Shown here piece after piece: positions 13,751 to 27,303 of a stretch of DNA of 64,000 bases (position 1 is the stretch's first letter; the number at the start of each line of letters is the position of its first letter). Position numbers and translations under genes: made by a program. The notes under the pieces are model-generated. The model was not told where the DNA came from, made no database searches, and saw only the letters and a list, made by a program, of their open reading frames with translations. The stretch is taken from positions 76,136,001-76,200,000 of the forward strand of contig OZ024745.1 of assembly GCA_964016885.1 (NCBI GenBank), given 5' to 3'. The stretch is from Eledone cirrhosa. Its lineage: Eukaryota.

Positions 13751-16256
13751 ATATATTTAAGAACAAACATTGAATTTTTAGCCAAAGTTTCTGAAATAAT
13801 ATTACAGAAATTATTTCATTTTACATGCGAAGCCAGCACAATTCAGATAGTGGTGATGGAAATATTGCTTTAAGGCAAAATATTGTGGATTTCAGTAGAT
13901 TTTAAAATAAAGTAAATGAATGTCCTAAACATTTCTATTTTTAGTTACAAGTCATAAATAAAGAGTTGTTTCTTGGTTGTGAATTTCTCTTATGCATCCT
14001 TGAGTGCATGTTGAGTGAATTCCTCTTTTCACCATAAGGTTTTTTTTTAATAAGTATTCTTTAAATTAATTCACACAAGGCTAATAAGTCACAGACACAG
14101 AAAATTGGCTGAGACATTAGAATATCTGTGAGAATAACAAAACTTGATTAGCAATATACTGTACACTGGACACATAAAACCCATGATGATATAAAATGAT
14201 TGTTAAAAGAATAACAATAAGAAGGAAGGACAATGACAATGTTGTTAGTAGGGATGAGGATACATGATGTGGACCAATTTTTCTAATATTGCTTTTATCC
14301 AGCAGCTTTACTATTTTGTCAAATCAATAGGTAAATTTCAAATATCTTTATCTCTATCGTTTTGCCTTGTATGTGCTCTGGTTTCAATTAATAGCTATCT
14401 CCAAATGTAATCAGACACTTAAAGAAGACACATTATTAATTTTACACAGAAGACTAGTGAAAATATTCATGCCTTTCATTGGTGATGTTAAAAGAATTGA
14501 GCAGGCTTGAATTTTAGGAAATAAACCTAACACAAAGATTTACTTCATTAGAAATTTGTCTTTTATCTACTGCATTTATCGAACCTTTCAATCAACATGA
14601 TCTAAAGTATTTTAGATTTTTAAACAAGACATATAATGCATCTGTAGAAAATATGGATGCAAGAGTCAACAATGATTAATAAACTATATATTATAAATTC
14701 TCTTTTATTTTCTACATACTACTAGAAGATAATCCTTTACTATCTTAAGCAGTATGATAATTTAATGTGGTTAAACAGCACATGTTTACTTTCAAAAGAT
14801 TTTTAAAACATAGGGTTGAGCGATATTGTAATTAATGCAGAAAAAAGTTTCCAGTTACAACATTCATAAAAATTTGAGTTAAATGTGTTGTTGCAGTATG
14901 TTATGCATGTGTTCTTCAAATAAAGTTCTTTTGAGTCACACTTGTAGTGTGAATAGAAAATGTTGCTGAGATAAAAGAAAGGCAGTCAACATATGTGGTG
15001 AGATAACGTGGCAGAATTGAAATAGAGAAAATCAATGCCTCATTCAATGGAATTACGTATCATTTAAAGACTAGCTATATAAGAGTAGACAATGACCAAT
15101 TCTGCCAGTATCTGCTGTGGCTGAGAAATGCTAAAGAAAGAGACAGAGAAAGCTTTAAATTCTTGTTTATATATGGAGGAAAATGATGAATGATAAAAAT
15201 ATCCCCTGGTTACACAAGGGTTGCTACATATAAATAAAAAGACCTATGAAACAAAAATACATATATGATCAATCTCTTTTCTACCCAAGAACAAGGAATG
15301 ATATTTAAACTGTGAATTATTGTAGCTCTCAAACTAAAGTTATCAATTTACAGTTGAGTTGCTCACATTAACATAGGTATTCATCTAGTTGTAAAACAAT
15401 TCATTCCTGTTTTTAGTGTGCAGAAATTATTCAGCCATTGTTAATAATATACAATATAAAGTAAATAAAGAATATTAAACCATATAAAAACATGCACCAA
15501 GAAAGAATGAGAATAAATTAGATAAAACAGTAATATAACTTTCCTTATCATATATATATATGAATAGAGAATGGGGAAGTGTAAGAAATTTATTGAAAAC
15601 CGAATCTGTAAATATGTGTGAGAATATCAGTAATATGATTTTCAAGGAAATAGAAATATTTTGTTAAACGTTATTGATGAAATAAAAGATTTCTGGAAGA
15701 ATACTAAGTTCTTAGGACCTTCCATGAAATAAGTAGCTTATTGGGTGTGAAAATTAATTAGAATCATGATAATATTTCACATTCAATGCCTTCCACAAAG
15801 AGAAATGAATAAATAGTATTAACCAATCCAAGTAAAATTCCTTATTGATCAATATGTGCTTTGTACAATTAAATCATGCAAACACTTTCCTGTCAAATCA
15901 CACTTATCATCTCATAAGTAGATTCCTCAATACTAGATATATATATTGATTGAAAAGTGTATGGCGTCTAAATTGATACCCAACAAAATTGTATGGCAAT
16001 TAAACATAGGTTTTCTTTAATTTATATGTTAATGAAATAAATTCTTTCAAATTCTCAGAAGGCTACCTAGATGTAGTTGATAGCTTCTGTTATCTAAGTA
16101 GCCTAATTTTTATTCAGATTTGGGAGTTTATTTCACCTACCTCCTTGGCTGCCATTGATCATTATATTGAGGGTTCTTTCTTTTTATACCTATCTCTACA
16201 CCCACTCTACATCTCCCCATGATTTGTGGTCTCTCCCTGTAGACTCTCTTTATATA

Positions 16257-16340
16257 TAATTGTTTCTACTTTTGGCACAAGGCCAAGAATTATCCCAGTA
16301 TATTACTGGTACTTTATTTTATCGACCACGTAAGGATGAT
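16257..16340 (-). mobile_element. SINE 3' fragment
   Basis: GTTTCTACTTTTGGCACAAGGCC...ACTGGTACTTTATTTTATCGAC, the same tail as the copies at 17500 and 27304. Confidence 0.65.
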
Positions 16341-17221
16341 AATTCCAAGTAATCAGTGTTAGTTGTGGTGTAATCAGATGTAAGCACTTAAGGTATTACC
16401 TAGATGGTATCAGACAGTGTCAATATAAAAACAAGAGAGTATTACATATATATCTTCAATTTATTACATCCTATTATGCATATTTCAAAAACATCGAGTT
16501 CCATAATTGTTACTCAATAACTTTAAGGTCTTTGAAATGTGTATAACGAATGTTGTAATCAAGATATTAAATTAGATATTTTTTACTATAAAACCTGTCA
16601 TTTTTGATAGGTACTATGTTAATATATATATACATGAGAGAGAGGGTGGAATTGGAAATATCTCTCTCTCTCTATATATATATATATAGAGTGAAAGATG
16701 AGTGGGTAGATAGACAGTTATATGGATGAAAAGATTGATAGTAAATATAGAGAAAAAAATGAAAGGAAGAAGGAAAGAGTAAGGGTGAGAAGAACAGAGA
16801 AAAGGACAGTGGATAATGAGAATGATATAAGTTAGCTCATTAAATTGACTAAAAAATACCTCTGATAGAAATTCATTTGAATAAATTAACCTTTTGTGAC
16901 AGTATTAGAAGTGGGAGGGAGAGTGAGAAAGAAAAAGAAATACAAGAAATGTCACTAATTAATTGAAGGTTCATTGATTGTGAGAAATAATTTCTCTTTA
17001 TCTCTAATTACATAAGTAGAAGACAAAAGTTATTGCTGACAATGATAAACCCAAGTCATGGGATAGAGGCAACAAGAGCCAGACGTGTAGGTAATGTTTC
17101 TATTGTCTCATCTTACATTCATTATTATCATTAGCAATCAGCAGCATCATTGCCTGTACATTGTCACCATGATCCATGTTTCTATTATTACATCTCTTGC
17201 ATCGATCATCATTGTTGTCCA

Positions 17222-17222
<1 letters not shown>

Positions 17223-17260
<38 letters not shown>
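17223..17260. repeat. (ATC)n microsatellite in a low-complexity ATC-rich tract
   Basis: About 12 perfect CAT/ATC units. Confidence 0.9.
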
Positions 17261-17499
17261 TGCTATTAGATTCTTTCTTGATGTTGAATTAATCATTCTT
17301 GCTGTTGTCATCATGTTCATCATCACTATCATCGCAATCATTATTATGATAGCCTTCAACATTTTTGCCACTTGGGTGTGTTTTAATTAACGTGTGTATG
17401 TGATGTTGGTGCTTACAAGTGTGTACATGCTCAGAGGAACATGATTATGCATGATTGTGTACAGAATTGTCACAAACAAAATTGGCTGAAGAGAATAAC

Positions 17500-17687
17500 A
17501 ATAATTGTTTCTACTTTTGGCACAAGGCCAGTAATTACCCAGTGCATTACTGGTACTTTATTTTATCGACCCCGTAAGGATGAAAGGCAAAGTCAACCTC
17601 GGCGGGATTTGAACTCAGATCGTAAAGGGACGTAACTATGCTGGAAAGCATGGCGTCCGACCCTCTACTGATGCTGCCAATCCACCA
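17500..17687 (-). mobile_element. tRNA-derived SINE, young copy
   Basis: Near-identical reverse complement of 27304-27476 over ~120 nt, including the B-box GAGTTCAAATCCC. Confidence 0.85.
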
Positions 17688-18144
17688 TAATACAAGCAAG
17701 AACAGTGCATGTATGTATAATGATGCATTGAATGCATCATTATACATTCATGCAAGAATTCATAAACGTATGATGAAAACAAGACTTGGTGGAGTCCTTA
17801 AACTCTTGAGATGTGAAGAAAAATTGATTACATCACATTTCTGTAGAATACATGACTTATAAAGTGGTGAATTCTCTGTTGGTCTAGAACTATGAAAGTT
17901 CATTGTTTGTGAACATCCTATCTCTACTGGAAGTATTGTACATTATCATCCTTGTGCATCATATGCTCTACTGAGGCCTCAATTGCACGCTCCTTATTAC
18001 CTTGCCAAAGCACTGTTAAGTCTGCAATTGGGACGTTTACTGTGAGGTCTGATCATGTTCCATTACTGCAATAAGACTGCAATAAACAAGTGCTCCTATG
18101 AGATCCACCTGAAATTTCCAGACATTAAAGATTAGGATGAGATG

Positions 18145-18188
<44 letters not shown>

Positions 18189-18189
18189 C

Positions 18190-18413
18190 ACCCAGTGCAC
18201 ACTGTAAAGTGGTCATGTAGGTGTCTCAATATAAAGCATCCAATACTCACTGTACATGAGGTTGGTGTTAAGAAGGGCATCCAGCTGTAGAAACCAAGCC
18301 AAAATCAGTTCTGTATGAGCAAGACATGATCACCTGACCTGGCATTGCTCACAACAGGATAACTCGTCTAACCAATGTTAGCGTGGAAAAATGGATGTTA
18401 AACGGTAATGATG
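18190..18413 (+). mobile_element. Short element or fragment carrying the RTE subfamily A 3' UTR and tail
   Basis: GGTTGGTGTTAAGAAGGGCATCCAGCTGTAGAAAC...GGATGTTAAACGGTAATGATGAT, homologous to 25820-25982. Confidence 0.7.
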
Positions 18414-18435
18414 ATTATATATATATATATATATA

Positions 18436-18650
18436 TCATCGTTTAACGTCCATCTTCCACGCTAGCATGGGTTAGACGGTTTTGTTCCATTTGATGTGGG
18501 AATGGTTGGAAGACTGTGTCTCGCTCGTACGGAAATGTCTCTGGCAGGATTTTTACAGCTGGATGCCCTTCCTAACACCAACCACATTTACAGTGTGGAC
18601 TGGGAGCCTTTTTACTGTGTCTCCTACACGACCACCTTACAGTGTGGAGT
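18436..18650 (-). mobile_element. RTE 3' UTR fragment, opposite in orientation to the neighbouring copy
   Basis: CATCGTTTAACGTCC...CTGGATGCCCTTCCTAACACCAACCACATTTACAGTGTGG. Confidence 0.75.
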
Positions 18651-18699
18651 GTTGTGTCATTGTCACAGTGGGCATATTTTTTACATCTGTATATAAGGC

Positions 18700-18862
18700 A
18701 ACTAAGGATATGAAAACATGCAAAGCAACTGGAGCTTTGAGGATAGTTGCTATGAGGCTGATAGAATCTGGGATGGCAGATCACACTATAACTACCTGTA
18801 TTGTAAGCATCAATAACTGCTACAAGAGCAAAAGAGATGCATTAGACAGAAAACTATAGAGG
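18700..18862 (+). mobile_element. Degenerate RTE RT N-terminal fragment
   Basis: KATKDMKTCKATGALRIVA...NCYKSKRDALDR, homologous to IKDMKTGKAAGPSEIVA...NCHKGKGDALDR of the young copies. Confidence 0.7.
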
Positions 18863-19224
18863 CATCACACACACATACATATATCATCAACCTCATTGTC
18901 GTTTTAATGTGTACTTTCCCTGATAGCAAGGGTTGGATGGGTTCACAGAGATCAAGTCAGTACTGAGGCAGTGGCTACTGATCTCCAAGACAGGCCAGGG
19001 ATCTGTTGTCTCTCTTATGTACAGTCTCATATTCTACCGAGTGCATGTAAGACTACATATATATATATATATAACATTTTGAGAATGTGTTGGTTGTTTA
19101 CCGACACCTCAGTATGCAGATTGGAGCACTCAACAAAGTGCGCAGGTTGGTTTGTTTACTCCGGAGTAATGTAAAAATAAGAAGTATAAGTCAACAAGGT
19201 AAAATTGGCTTCATTTATTCACAT

Positions 19225-19291
19225 TCATTGCTATATATATATATTTCAGTGATAGCCATTATTCAACAGCTATGACCTCATCAGACAGTAA
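19225..19291 (-). ncRNA. Degenerate type I hammerhead-like motif
   Basis: Minus strand: TTACTGT-CTGATGA-GGTCATAGCTGTT(GAAT)AATGGCTATCACT-GAAA-TATATATATA-TA-GCAATGA. Core intact, 13-position stem II with one mismatch, weak stem I. Confidence 0.4.
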
Positions 19292-19394
19292 GAATTTAAA
19301 CAGAAAAAAAACAGGAAAACATGATGTTGTAATGGATTTTACCATGTTAATTCATTGATATATATATATATATATATACACATACACACACATA

Positions 19395-20675
19395 CAAAGT
19401 ACGCTCAAGAGGTTTTGAGAGAGTTTTACCAGAGAGACATTTATTGAACTTGGATCAACACGTAACTCTAGTCTCCCTCAAAGTAGGATCTTCCAACTTC
19501 AGTGCACTTGTTGTAACATTCCAGCCACTTCTGAAAGGCTCTCTTGTAGTCCTCCAGAGTGAAGGTGTCCAGGGCACTTCATCTACACATCTTCAAAGTG
19601 GATACCCCTGAGCTTCAGCTTCTGGAGCATTCAGAAGTCGCATGGGGCCAAGTCTAGACTATAAGGAGGATAAGGGACAACCTTCATCCCTGTATTGGCC
19701 AAGTAGTTGGTCACCAGGATGGATTTGTGGTAGAGGGCATTGTCCTGGTGTAGGTGCCACTGACCAGACTTGAAGAGTTCTGGTCTCTTGCGACGAAATC
19801 TCTTTCTGAATTGCCTCAAAACCTCTACATAGTACTCTTTGTTGACTTTCTGGCCATTGGGGACACAGTGGCCAGTGGATATAGATGAATCCCTTGCTGT
19901 TGAAGAATATGATCATCATGAGCTTCCCAGTGGACTTGCTTTGCCTGGCCTTTTTGGGTCTTGGGGAGTCAGAATATTTTCATTGGGCACTCTGTCTCTT
20001 GGTCTCTTGATCATAACAGTAGACCCAGCTCTCGTCACAGGTTACCGGAGATACAAGGACACTTGGATTTGAAGCAATCCACTTGACCATGTCACTGCTG
20101 TCATCAACACACCTCTGCTTTTAATCTTCATTGAGCACCCTGGGAACAAACTTTGCGCATGTTCAGATCATTATTAATGAGTCTGTGCACAGTGCCCTCT
20201 GCCACATCAAATTGTTTGGAAATTGCCAGAAGAGATGCATGACTTCTTGTCCAGAAATTTGTGAATTCTTGTGTCCTGATGTCCCTCTTCCTGCCACAAC
20301 TCTCATTGTCCGTCACCTGCACCCTGCCCACCTGGAATCTCTTGTGTCAGCAGAAAACAGTCACCCAACTCATGAAAGTTAATTTGTAAGCAGTTTTAAA
20401 CATTTCATAGGTTTCTGCAGCATTTTTGCCAAGTTTGACACAAAACGTCATTGCATATTAAGCTTCCAAGTTGTCCTCACGTTCCAACTGTATTGTTGAA
20501 CCCATGTGTATGACAGGCAGTGTTTAAATTGCTGTAGCAATCCCGAACCTTCAACCTGGAAAAAAAAGATTTGGCATGTGAGCTTATAACCATATCAAGG
20601 ATATATTAGAATGACTACATAGGTAAATTAAAAGTGCCTGAAAAGAAAGTCTAAAAACTTCTTGAGTCTCTCTTT
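19395..20675 (-). mobile_element. mariner (Tc1/mariner) DNA transposon fossil, ~1.3 kb
   Basis: Minus-strand fragments WHLHQDNA..H and YPPYSLDLAPCDF (mariner YSPDLAP motif), plus MMIIFFNSKGFIYIHW and an HTH-like SKQFDVAEGTVHRLI. Degenerate TIRs: CTCAAGAGGTTTTGAGA (19404) and TCTAAAAACTTCTTGAG (~20650-20666). Confidence 0.85.
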
Positions 20676-22883
20676 TTCTCTCTCACACATATATATACAT
20701 ATACACATGCATACATACATGATGGCTGCAACTTGATTTCGAGTAATGCCATCACTTGATACTTAAGCATGAGCACCACTAACGTGGCTTTTTAGTCCTG
20801 TTAGGGACTTGCCTATGGCCAGCAATGCCATGCATCACAAAAAATGTCACATACCAAGCAGTGCCTGTGCTTGAAGCTTTTTTAAGTGAGGAAAGGCTTT
20901 GCACAGGGTGAAGCCCACTCTCTGAAAATTGAATACATTTACCCCAAAAGAACTGGTCTACATAATCGGATGCAAACAAAGTCACAGGTTTTATATCAGA
21001 GTGACCTTCTCCTAGACTTGGAGTCTCTCGCTAAAAAAAAAACAAAAAAAAACTTTATTGGTTGGCCATTGACTCTCCTGAGAGGGAGAGGGAAAAGTGA
21101 TAAGTATAAATTCAAATAAGTATATAGATAATTAAATGTCCAGTATGTGTAATATATGTAAAAAAAACAGCTATTATAAGAACTACAATATTTAATCAAG
21201 AGGTTTGCTATATTGCTTTTCTAATAAAGAAGAATGAATTAATGAAATTATTCTTGGTTGTTGGTCTGTGCATCTCAGTTTATGGTGCTGATTTGGAAAA
21301 CATTTGTCATAGTGATAGTTTTAAATGATATATTGGTCAATATTTAGAAAAAAAATTAATAGAATATCAGATTACCAGTAAAAGATTGTTTTTATTACTG
21401 TGATCTGCTATTTGGTCTTTAGAATCTTTGTTTCTCTATTTTGCTATCTGTCTCCACCTAGTGTTACATCTTTCTACCGTCTTTTCCTACCTATTTATTC
21501 ACCTACAACCTAAGACACATCACTTTTTCTCTGTATGTTAGTATCAAATGAAGGGTTTGGCCAAATGTTGCTCTTCACAACAATAAAAATTATCTAGCTC
21601 TGTTATGTGTTCTCCTATTGCTAGCTTAGTCTACCTAGTTTCATAGTTACATTGGAAAAATAAATCTTACCACAGTAAGAAGTATATAATTGTATCATTC
21701 TATGTTATGTTAATGAAATATAAGTGTTTCATTAGCTTGCTCTACTGAGCTCAAATCCTATTTTGGTTATTGCTAAGAAATAAATATACTCTATATGGTT
21801 CATTTTTTTTTTTCTAATTTACTTTTTAGATTAATTTTATGAAGACAAAATATTCAATAATACCCATGTATCATACGGCTTTCAAAGTTAGTTTTTCAGA
21901 ACAGAGGGCTTATTTGGAATACTGTGGACAATCTTTTCCTCTAGTATGAATCATCATTATTTAATGTCCATTTTCCTTGCTACCAAGAGTTGGCTAGATC
22001 TTCTCAGAGCAAGTCAGTACTCAAGCAGGGCTACTGACCTCTTACATACAATCCTAGGCTCTAGTGAGTGCATTCTATCATGATGCCAGCACTAGGGAGG
22101 CTATTATGTCTTTGACACAATTGAAGGGTCCTCCCAATATTTTGTTTGGTAAGCTTTCTATGGCTAGATGTCTTTCCTATCACCAACCACTTTACTTAGT
22201 GCGTTTACCATGTCATTAATACTCGGGAGATTCTCATATTTTTGACACAACTGAAGTTTCCTTGGGTGCCCTTCTTGTCACCAACCCTTTTACAGTATGT
22301 ACTGGGTGCATTTATCGTGTAGATCACTAACACTAGAGAAGTTGCTGCACTGTTGACACAAACAAAGGGTCGTTTTGACCCTTTTTGGCATGGTTTCTAC
22401 AGCATGGTGCTCTTCCTATCACCAACCACCTTACAGGATGTACTGGGTACATTTTCGTGGCACCAGCACTAGAGAAGTTGTCAGTTATTGTCCCAATGGA
22501 AGAGTCCTCTCTGCTCTGATAGATAGATAGAGAGAGAGAGAGAGAGAAGGAAGTTAAGTATGATCTTATGTATGTATGACAGGTGTGGTGGGATTTGATG
22601 TGTGGTGAGTAGGAGTGAAGGAGTGACTTCCAATAGCATGGGGTAGTCACAGGTGTCTGTATTTTTAAAGGGGAGATGCAGTGATGGTGAAAATAGCTAA
22701 GAGGTGATAGTAGTGGGGGCATGGTTAATATAAAAGCAAATATGTAATGATGATAATATTGTATGCAAAGAAGCTGGCTAACTGAGTAGATAAGAGATTA
22801 GATTACCTACACATAGGTCATGAGTTCAAAATTATGTACTCAACATTGTTTATGAGTTGAATAAATGGGAACGTGGACCTTAA

Positions 22884-23087
22884 GTCTTTAGCATTTACAT
22901 TACTCTGTTTACTGTTGTATTTTTGTGGAAAAGTCTTTATCACATAATGTCGAATCTATGAGATTTTGATATTATTTATTTTGAGAACACTACCTTAACA
23001 TCAGTATGAGTGGCGAGTTATGATTGGTTTGAACAAAATAAGGTGAGAGAATTCTGGCCGGATATAGCTGGTTTAGATATTAAAGGG
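22884..23087 (+). mobile_element. TTAA-flanked piggyBac-type MITE
   Basis: TTAA|GTCTTTAGCATTT ... ATATTAAAGGG|TTAA; homologous to 23471-23688. Confidence 0.7.
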
Positions 23088-23470
23088 TTAAATATACCAC
23101 ATAAAGAAAATATGGAATATTTATCACAAATTGTGTGTTCCAACTCATGCAAGCATGGAAAAGTGGGTGTAAAATGGTGGAACTAAAATGGTAATGGCTA
23201 GATTCATGTGCACTTAACATATACTTAAGCATTCCTGATTACTATATACTCCCAGCTCATAATGTTAACAACTGTCATATATTGTGCAAGAGCAACAATT
23301 GAGGTGAATAGTCACTGAGGCAACTTGTGAATATTCCATATTTCCTTTATGTTGTATATTTGAGGTTCATTTTTATCATTTGTTTAATTTACATTAATAT
23401 AAAGTCATAACACCGACTACTTGTTGATTCATTGAGTCATGCACATTCAGTAATAAAAAATCTCACTTAA

Positions 23471-23688
23471 CCCTTTAGCATTTACGTTATTCCATATTTA
23501 TATTATATTTTCATGGTAAACACTTTTATCTTACATAATTATCTCACATAATATCGAATCTGCGAGATTTTGATATTATTTATTTTGAGAATAATACCTT
23601 AACATAAGTATGAGCAGCCAGTCACAGCTGGTTTGAACAGAAGGTGAGAGAATTCTGGCCAGATAAGGCTGGTTTAAATGTGAAAGGG
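23471..23688 (+). mobile_element. TTAA-flanked piggyBac-type MITE (218 bp)
   Basis: TTAA|CCCTTTAGCATTTA ... TAAATGTGAAAGGG|TTAA. CCC/GGG termini with a TTAA duplication are piggyBac hallmarks. Confidence 0.8.
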
Positions 23689-23924
23689 TTAAATGAATAC
23701 ATTTTATACTACTTAGGTACATATCTGTCTGTCTATTATATATATATATATATATCAAACAAGAACTCATTTTCTAGTAGTCACACATTTAGAAGAATAT
23801 TTATGACTATTTGATATGGTCAAAAGTGGAAGACAGAAAGACAGTTGAGCTGTAACAAGTTAATGTTGCAATGTAGTAAAACCTGATAATAATGTAAACA
23901 GCTGGAATTTTGAGAAATCAATTC

Positions 23925-25982
23925 TGAATGGGAGAAAGACAGTCTCCCCCACATTAACCCAATAGAGGGACCAGCAGTGTTAGTCGAAGGTAGTATAATA
24001 AGTAAGGTAATCAAAGATATGAAGACGGGTAAGGCGGCTGGGCCTTCGGAAATAGTTGCTGAAATGCTGAAAGCTTCTGGAACGGTGAGACACACCATGG
24101 TCACCCGGATAGTAAACCAAGTCATACAGAATGGGGTTGTTCCGAAGGACTGGCGTAGCAGCATCATCATTAACTGCCACAAGGGTAAAGGAGATGCCCT
24201 AGATAGGAGTAACTATAGAGGCATTAAATTAATCAACCAGGCCATGAAGATCACAGAAAAAGTAATAGCGCAACTAATCAGAGAGATAATTGAACTAGAT
24301 GAAATGCAGTTCGGGTTTGTGTCAGGCAAAAGTACCACATACGCTCTTTTCATTGTACGACAACTACAGAAGTACCTAGCTAAAAGTAAACCCCTATACT
24401 TAGCTTTTGTCGATTTGGAGAAAGCCTTTGACAGAGTCCCCCGTTCCATTATCTGGTGGGCTCTTAGAAAACTATGTGTTGATGAATGGCTTGTGAGAGC
24501 TATACAAGCCATGTATAAAGAAACAGTCAGCAAGGTTAGAATTAACAACGAATATAGTGAAGAGTTTAGCGTAAAAGTTGGTGTTCATCAGGGCTCCGTT
24601 CTTAGCCCCCTACTATTTATTATTGCCCTTCAGGCTATAACAGTGGAGTTCAAGACCAGCTGCCCATGGGAACTCCTATACGCAGATGATCTAACGCTCA
24701 TAGCTGAATCAATGGCCGAACTAGAGAAGAAATTCCAAACATGGAAGCATGGCCTAGAATCAAAAGGCCTTAAAATTAACCTGTCTAAGACTAAAGTTCT
24801 AGTTTGTAGGAAGGAAAATAGGGCGCCGGTCCCATGCGGGAAATGGCCATGCTCAGTGTGTAGGAAAGGAGTAGGTAGAAACTCCATTTTATGTCCCAAA
24901 TGCAAAGTATGGGTGCATAAAAGATGTGGGATCACAGGTAAGCTAACTAAGAACATAGATTTTATATGTGGCCGGTGCTCTGGTGCAATAAGTAGCAGCA
25001 AGTGCCCACAGAATACTAGCTCATTCCATTGTACAGATGGTTCTATAGAAATAGTGGACAGCTTCCGTTACCTGGGTGACAAAATCAGCAGTGGGGGAGG
25101 GTGCTCTGAAAGTACAGTAGCTAGAGTCAGAACTGGATGGAAAAAGTTCAGAGAGCTTATACCACTATTAGCTGCTAAAGGGTTCTCCCTAAAAATGAAA
25201 GGCAGGCTGTATGATGCCTGCATACGAACAGCAATGTTGCATGGCAGTGAGACCTGGGCATTGTGTGCAGAAGATATACGCAGACTGGAGAGGAACGAAG
25301 CTTGCATGCTCCGCTGGATGTGTAATAGTAATATACGTGAACGGCAAAGCATAAACGAACTAAGGGAAAAATTAGAAATAAGAGGGATCAGATGCTGTTT
25401 ACTCGAGAGAAGGCTGTATAAAAAAGTGCAGGGCAATAAAAATAGACGGTAGCCACGGAGTAGGCAGACCCAGAAAAACCTGGGACGATTTGATAAATTC
25501 CGACCTCACACACTTACACCTCTCCAAGACAATGTCACTGGACCGAGATCTTTGGCACTACACAGTAATAGAGAAGATCCGCCTTACCTAAGTACAAAGC
25601 AAAACCTACTACAGTCAGTAGGCACCTCTAACAAAATACACCCCCGTCCCACTACCCCCACCCCATCCACACCACCCCTTTCAATGTAAAGTTATGTTGG
25701 TACCACAACATCCAGCCCAAAACAAATGAGGTCGTGTAGGTGTCACGACAAAAAAACACACAGTCCATGCTGTAACGTGGCCGTGTAGGTAACACGGTAA
25801 AAACCTCCCAGTTCCACACTGTAAATGTGGTTGGTGTTAGGAAGGGCATCCAGCCGTAGAAAACCTGCCAGGCAGTCCTATACGAGCAAGACAACCAATC
25901 TTGCCTCAAGTGGGAAAACTCCCGTCCAAACCCATGCAAGCGTGGAATATGGACGTTAAACGGTGATGATGATGATGATGAT
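23925..25982 (+). mobile_element. RTE LINE, subfamily A, copy 2 (5'-truncated, with a deletion/frameshift near the C-terminus)
   Basis: ORF 23977-25452 has [30 protein letters not shown] and the PHD-like insert. Followed by the 3' UTR and a (GAT)n tail ending ~25982. Confidence 0.95.
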
Positions 25983-26259
25983 CTTTCTCCATATAAATAA
26001 ATGTTTTGCAGAAAGTGCTCACAACCCTGAAATTATTATGAATAAGAAATCCAAAACAAGCTGCTTTTATTTTTGATGATGTGGCAGTTTAGTTATTTTT
26101 CTCTATTTCCCAAACAGAAAAGTGTAGCCAATTTCTATGTTTCGGTTATAATCAAGGTGAGATTGACAAATTATATTGCTATCTCATTCTGGGTAAACTT
26201 GCACATTATATGTTTGTGTACATATGTATTTACACACGCACGGTCGCTTGCTCGCCCAC

Positions 26260-26314
26260 CCACTCACTCACTCACTCACTCACTCACTCACTCACTCACT
26301 CACTCACTCACTCA
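26260..26314. repeat. (CACT)n microsatellite
   Basis: About 13 CACT units. Confidence 0.9.
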
Positions 26315-27097
26315 CAGGGGAAGAAAGAAAGAGTGATGGAGATGTTTATACAAATGCATACAATATTTGCTTTATATTCAATATATAGCATTTATTATTT
26401 GAATAATTTCAGGCTTGTGGTATATGTGTGAGTGTGGCATTATATATATAGATCTATCATCATTATCATTTAGTTTGTGCTCTTAGCGTTTATTGCACCT
26501 TTATATCTACCATAATCAAAGTCTACTTTATGTGTTAATCTGCCTGCAATCCCATTACATCTCTTGTGTATCTTTAGATTACACTGTATGTACCTTGTGG
26601 AATTTCTGCCCACCTCTTTTCAACATATCGAATAAGAGCTTTTATAAAACTTAATGCTTGTTATATTATCATTAACCAGAATTTCAGGGGAGCAGCAATA
26701 TTCTTTAGGGTATGTGGTAATTTCATTATCTCTATTTTAATTTTGTTTTAAGCGTGGAACTGAAGCATGGATGCATGGAATTCTAAATTGGTAGAGAGTG
26801 TCAGAAATAACAAACAGTCACATTTTTTTTCAATGGCTTTCTTAAGAGTGGAAGGGCAGTGTTCATTATAGAAGCCATATACTATTGTTAGCTATGAAAC
26901 ATAAACGCATACACATGGTTCGAACACAAAAGAACTAAACTCTCACTGCCTCTATCTCTCGCTCTCCCCATCTCTTACTATTATGAGCAAATGAGGGTCC
27001 ATGCGCTGGCTGCCCTGCAGATCTGGCGGACAGAATGGAAAAGGCATTTTCCCAGAGGATAGTGAGGGAGACATGCTGGAAGAGCCATTCCAGCTAG

Positions 27098-27300
27098 TGG
27101 TGAATAGGTAGAATTAGTTGTTTATCAGATAAAATGCTATTGCGTTATTTTTTTGGCTCTTTACATTCTGAGTTCAAATCCTGGTGAGGTCAACTTAGCC
27201 TTTCACCCTTCCAGTCTTGATAAAATAAAGTAGGGTTGATTTAATCAACTTTGCCCTTGCCCCAAATTTACTGGCTTTGTACCTAAATTAGAAATCATTA
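27098..27300 (+). mobile_element. tRNA-derived SINE, older copy
   Basis: GAGTTCAAATCCTGGTGAGGTCAACTTAGCCTTTCACCCTT...CCTAAATTAGAAA. Confidence 0.7.
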
Positions 27301-27303
27301 TTT

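Noticed and set aside
17094-17390. Hydrophobic poly-Ile/poly-Met ORFs (also 27779-28074)
   Set aside because: Products of ATC/GAT low-complexity tracts.
21805-21895. Possible extra exon (T-tract + TAG at ~21829, GTTAGT at ~21887)
   Set aside because: No KCNQ similarity in any frame, and the two real exons already join seamlessly.
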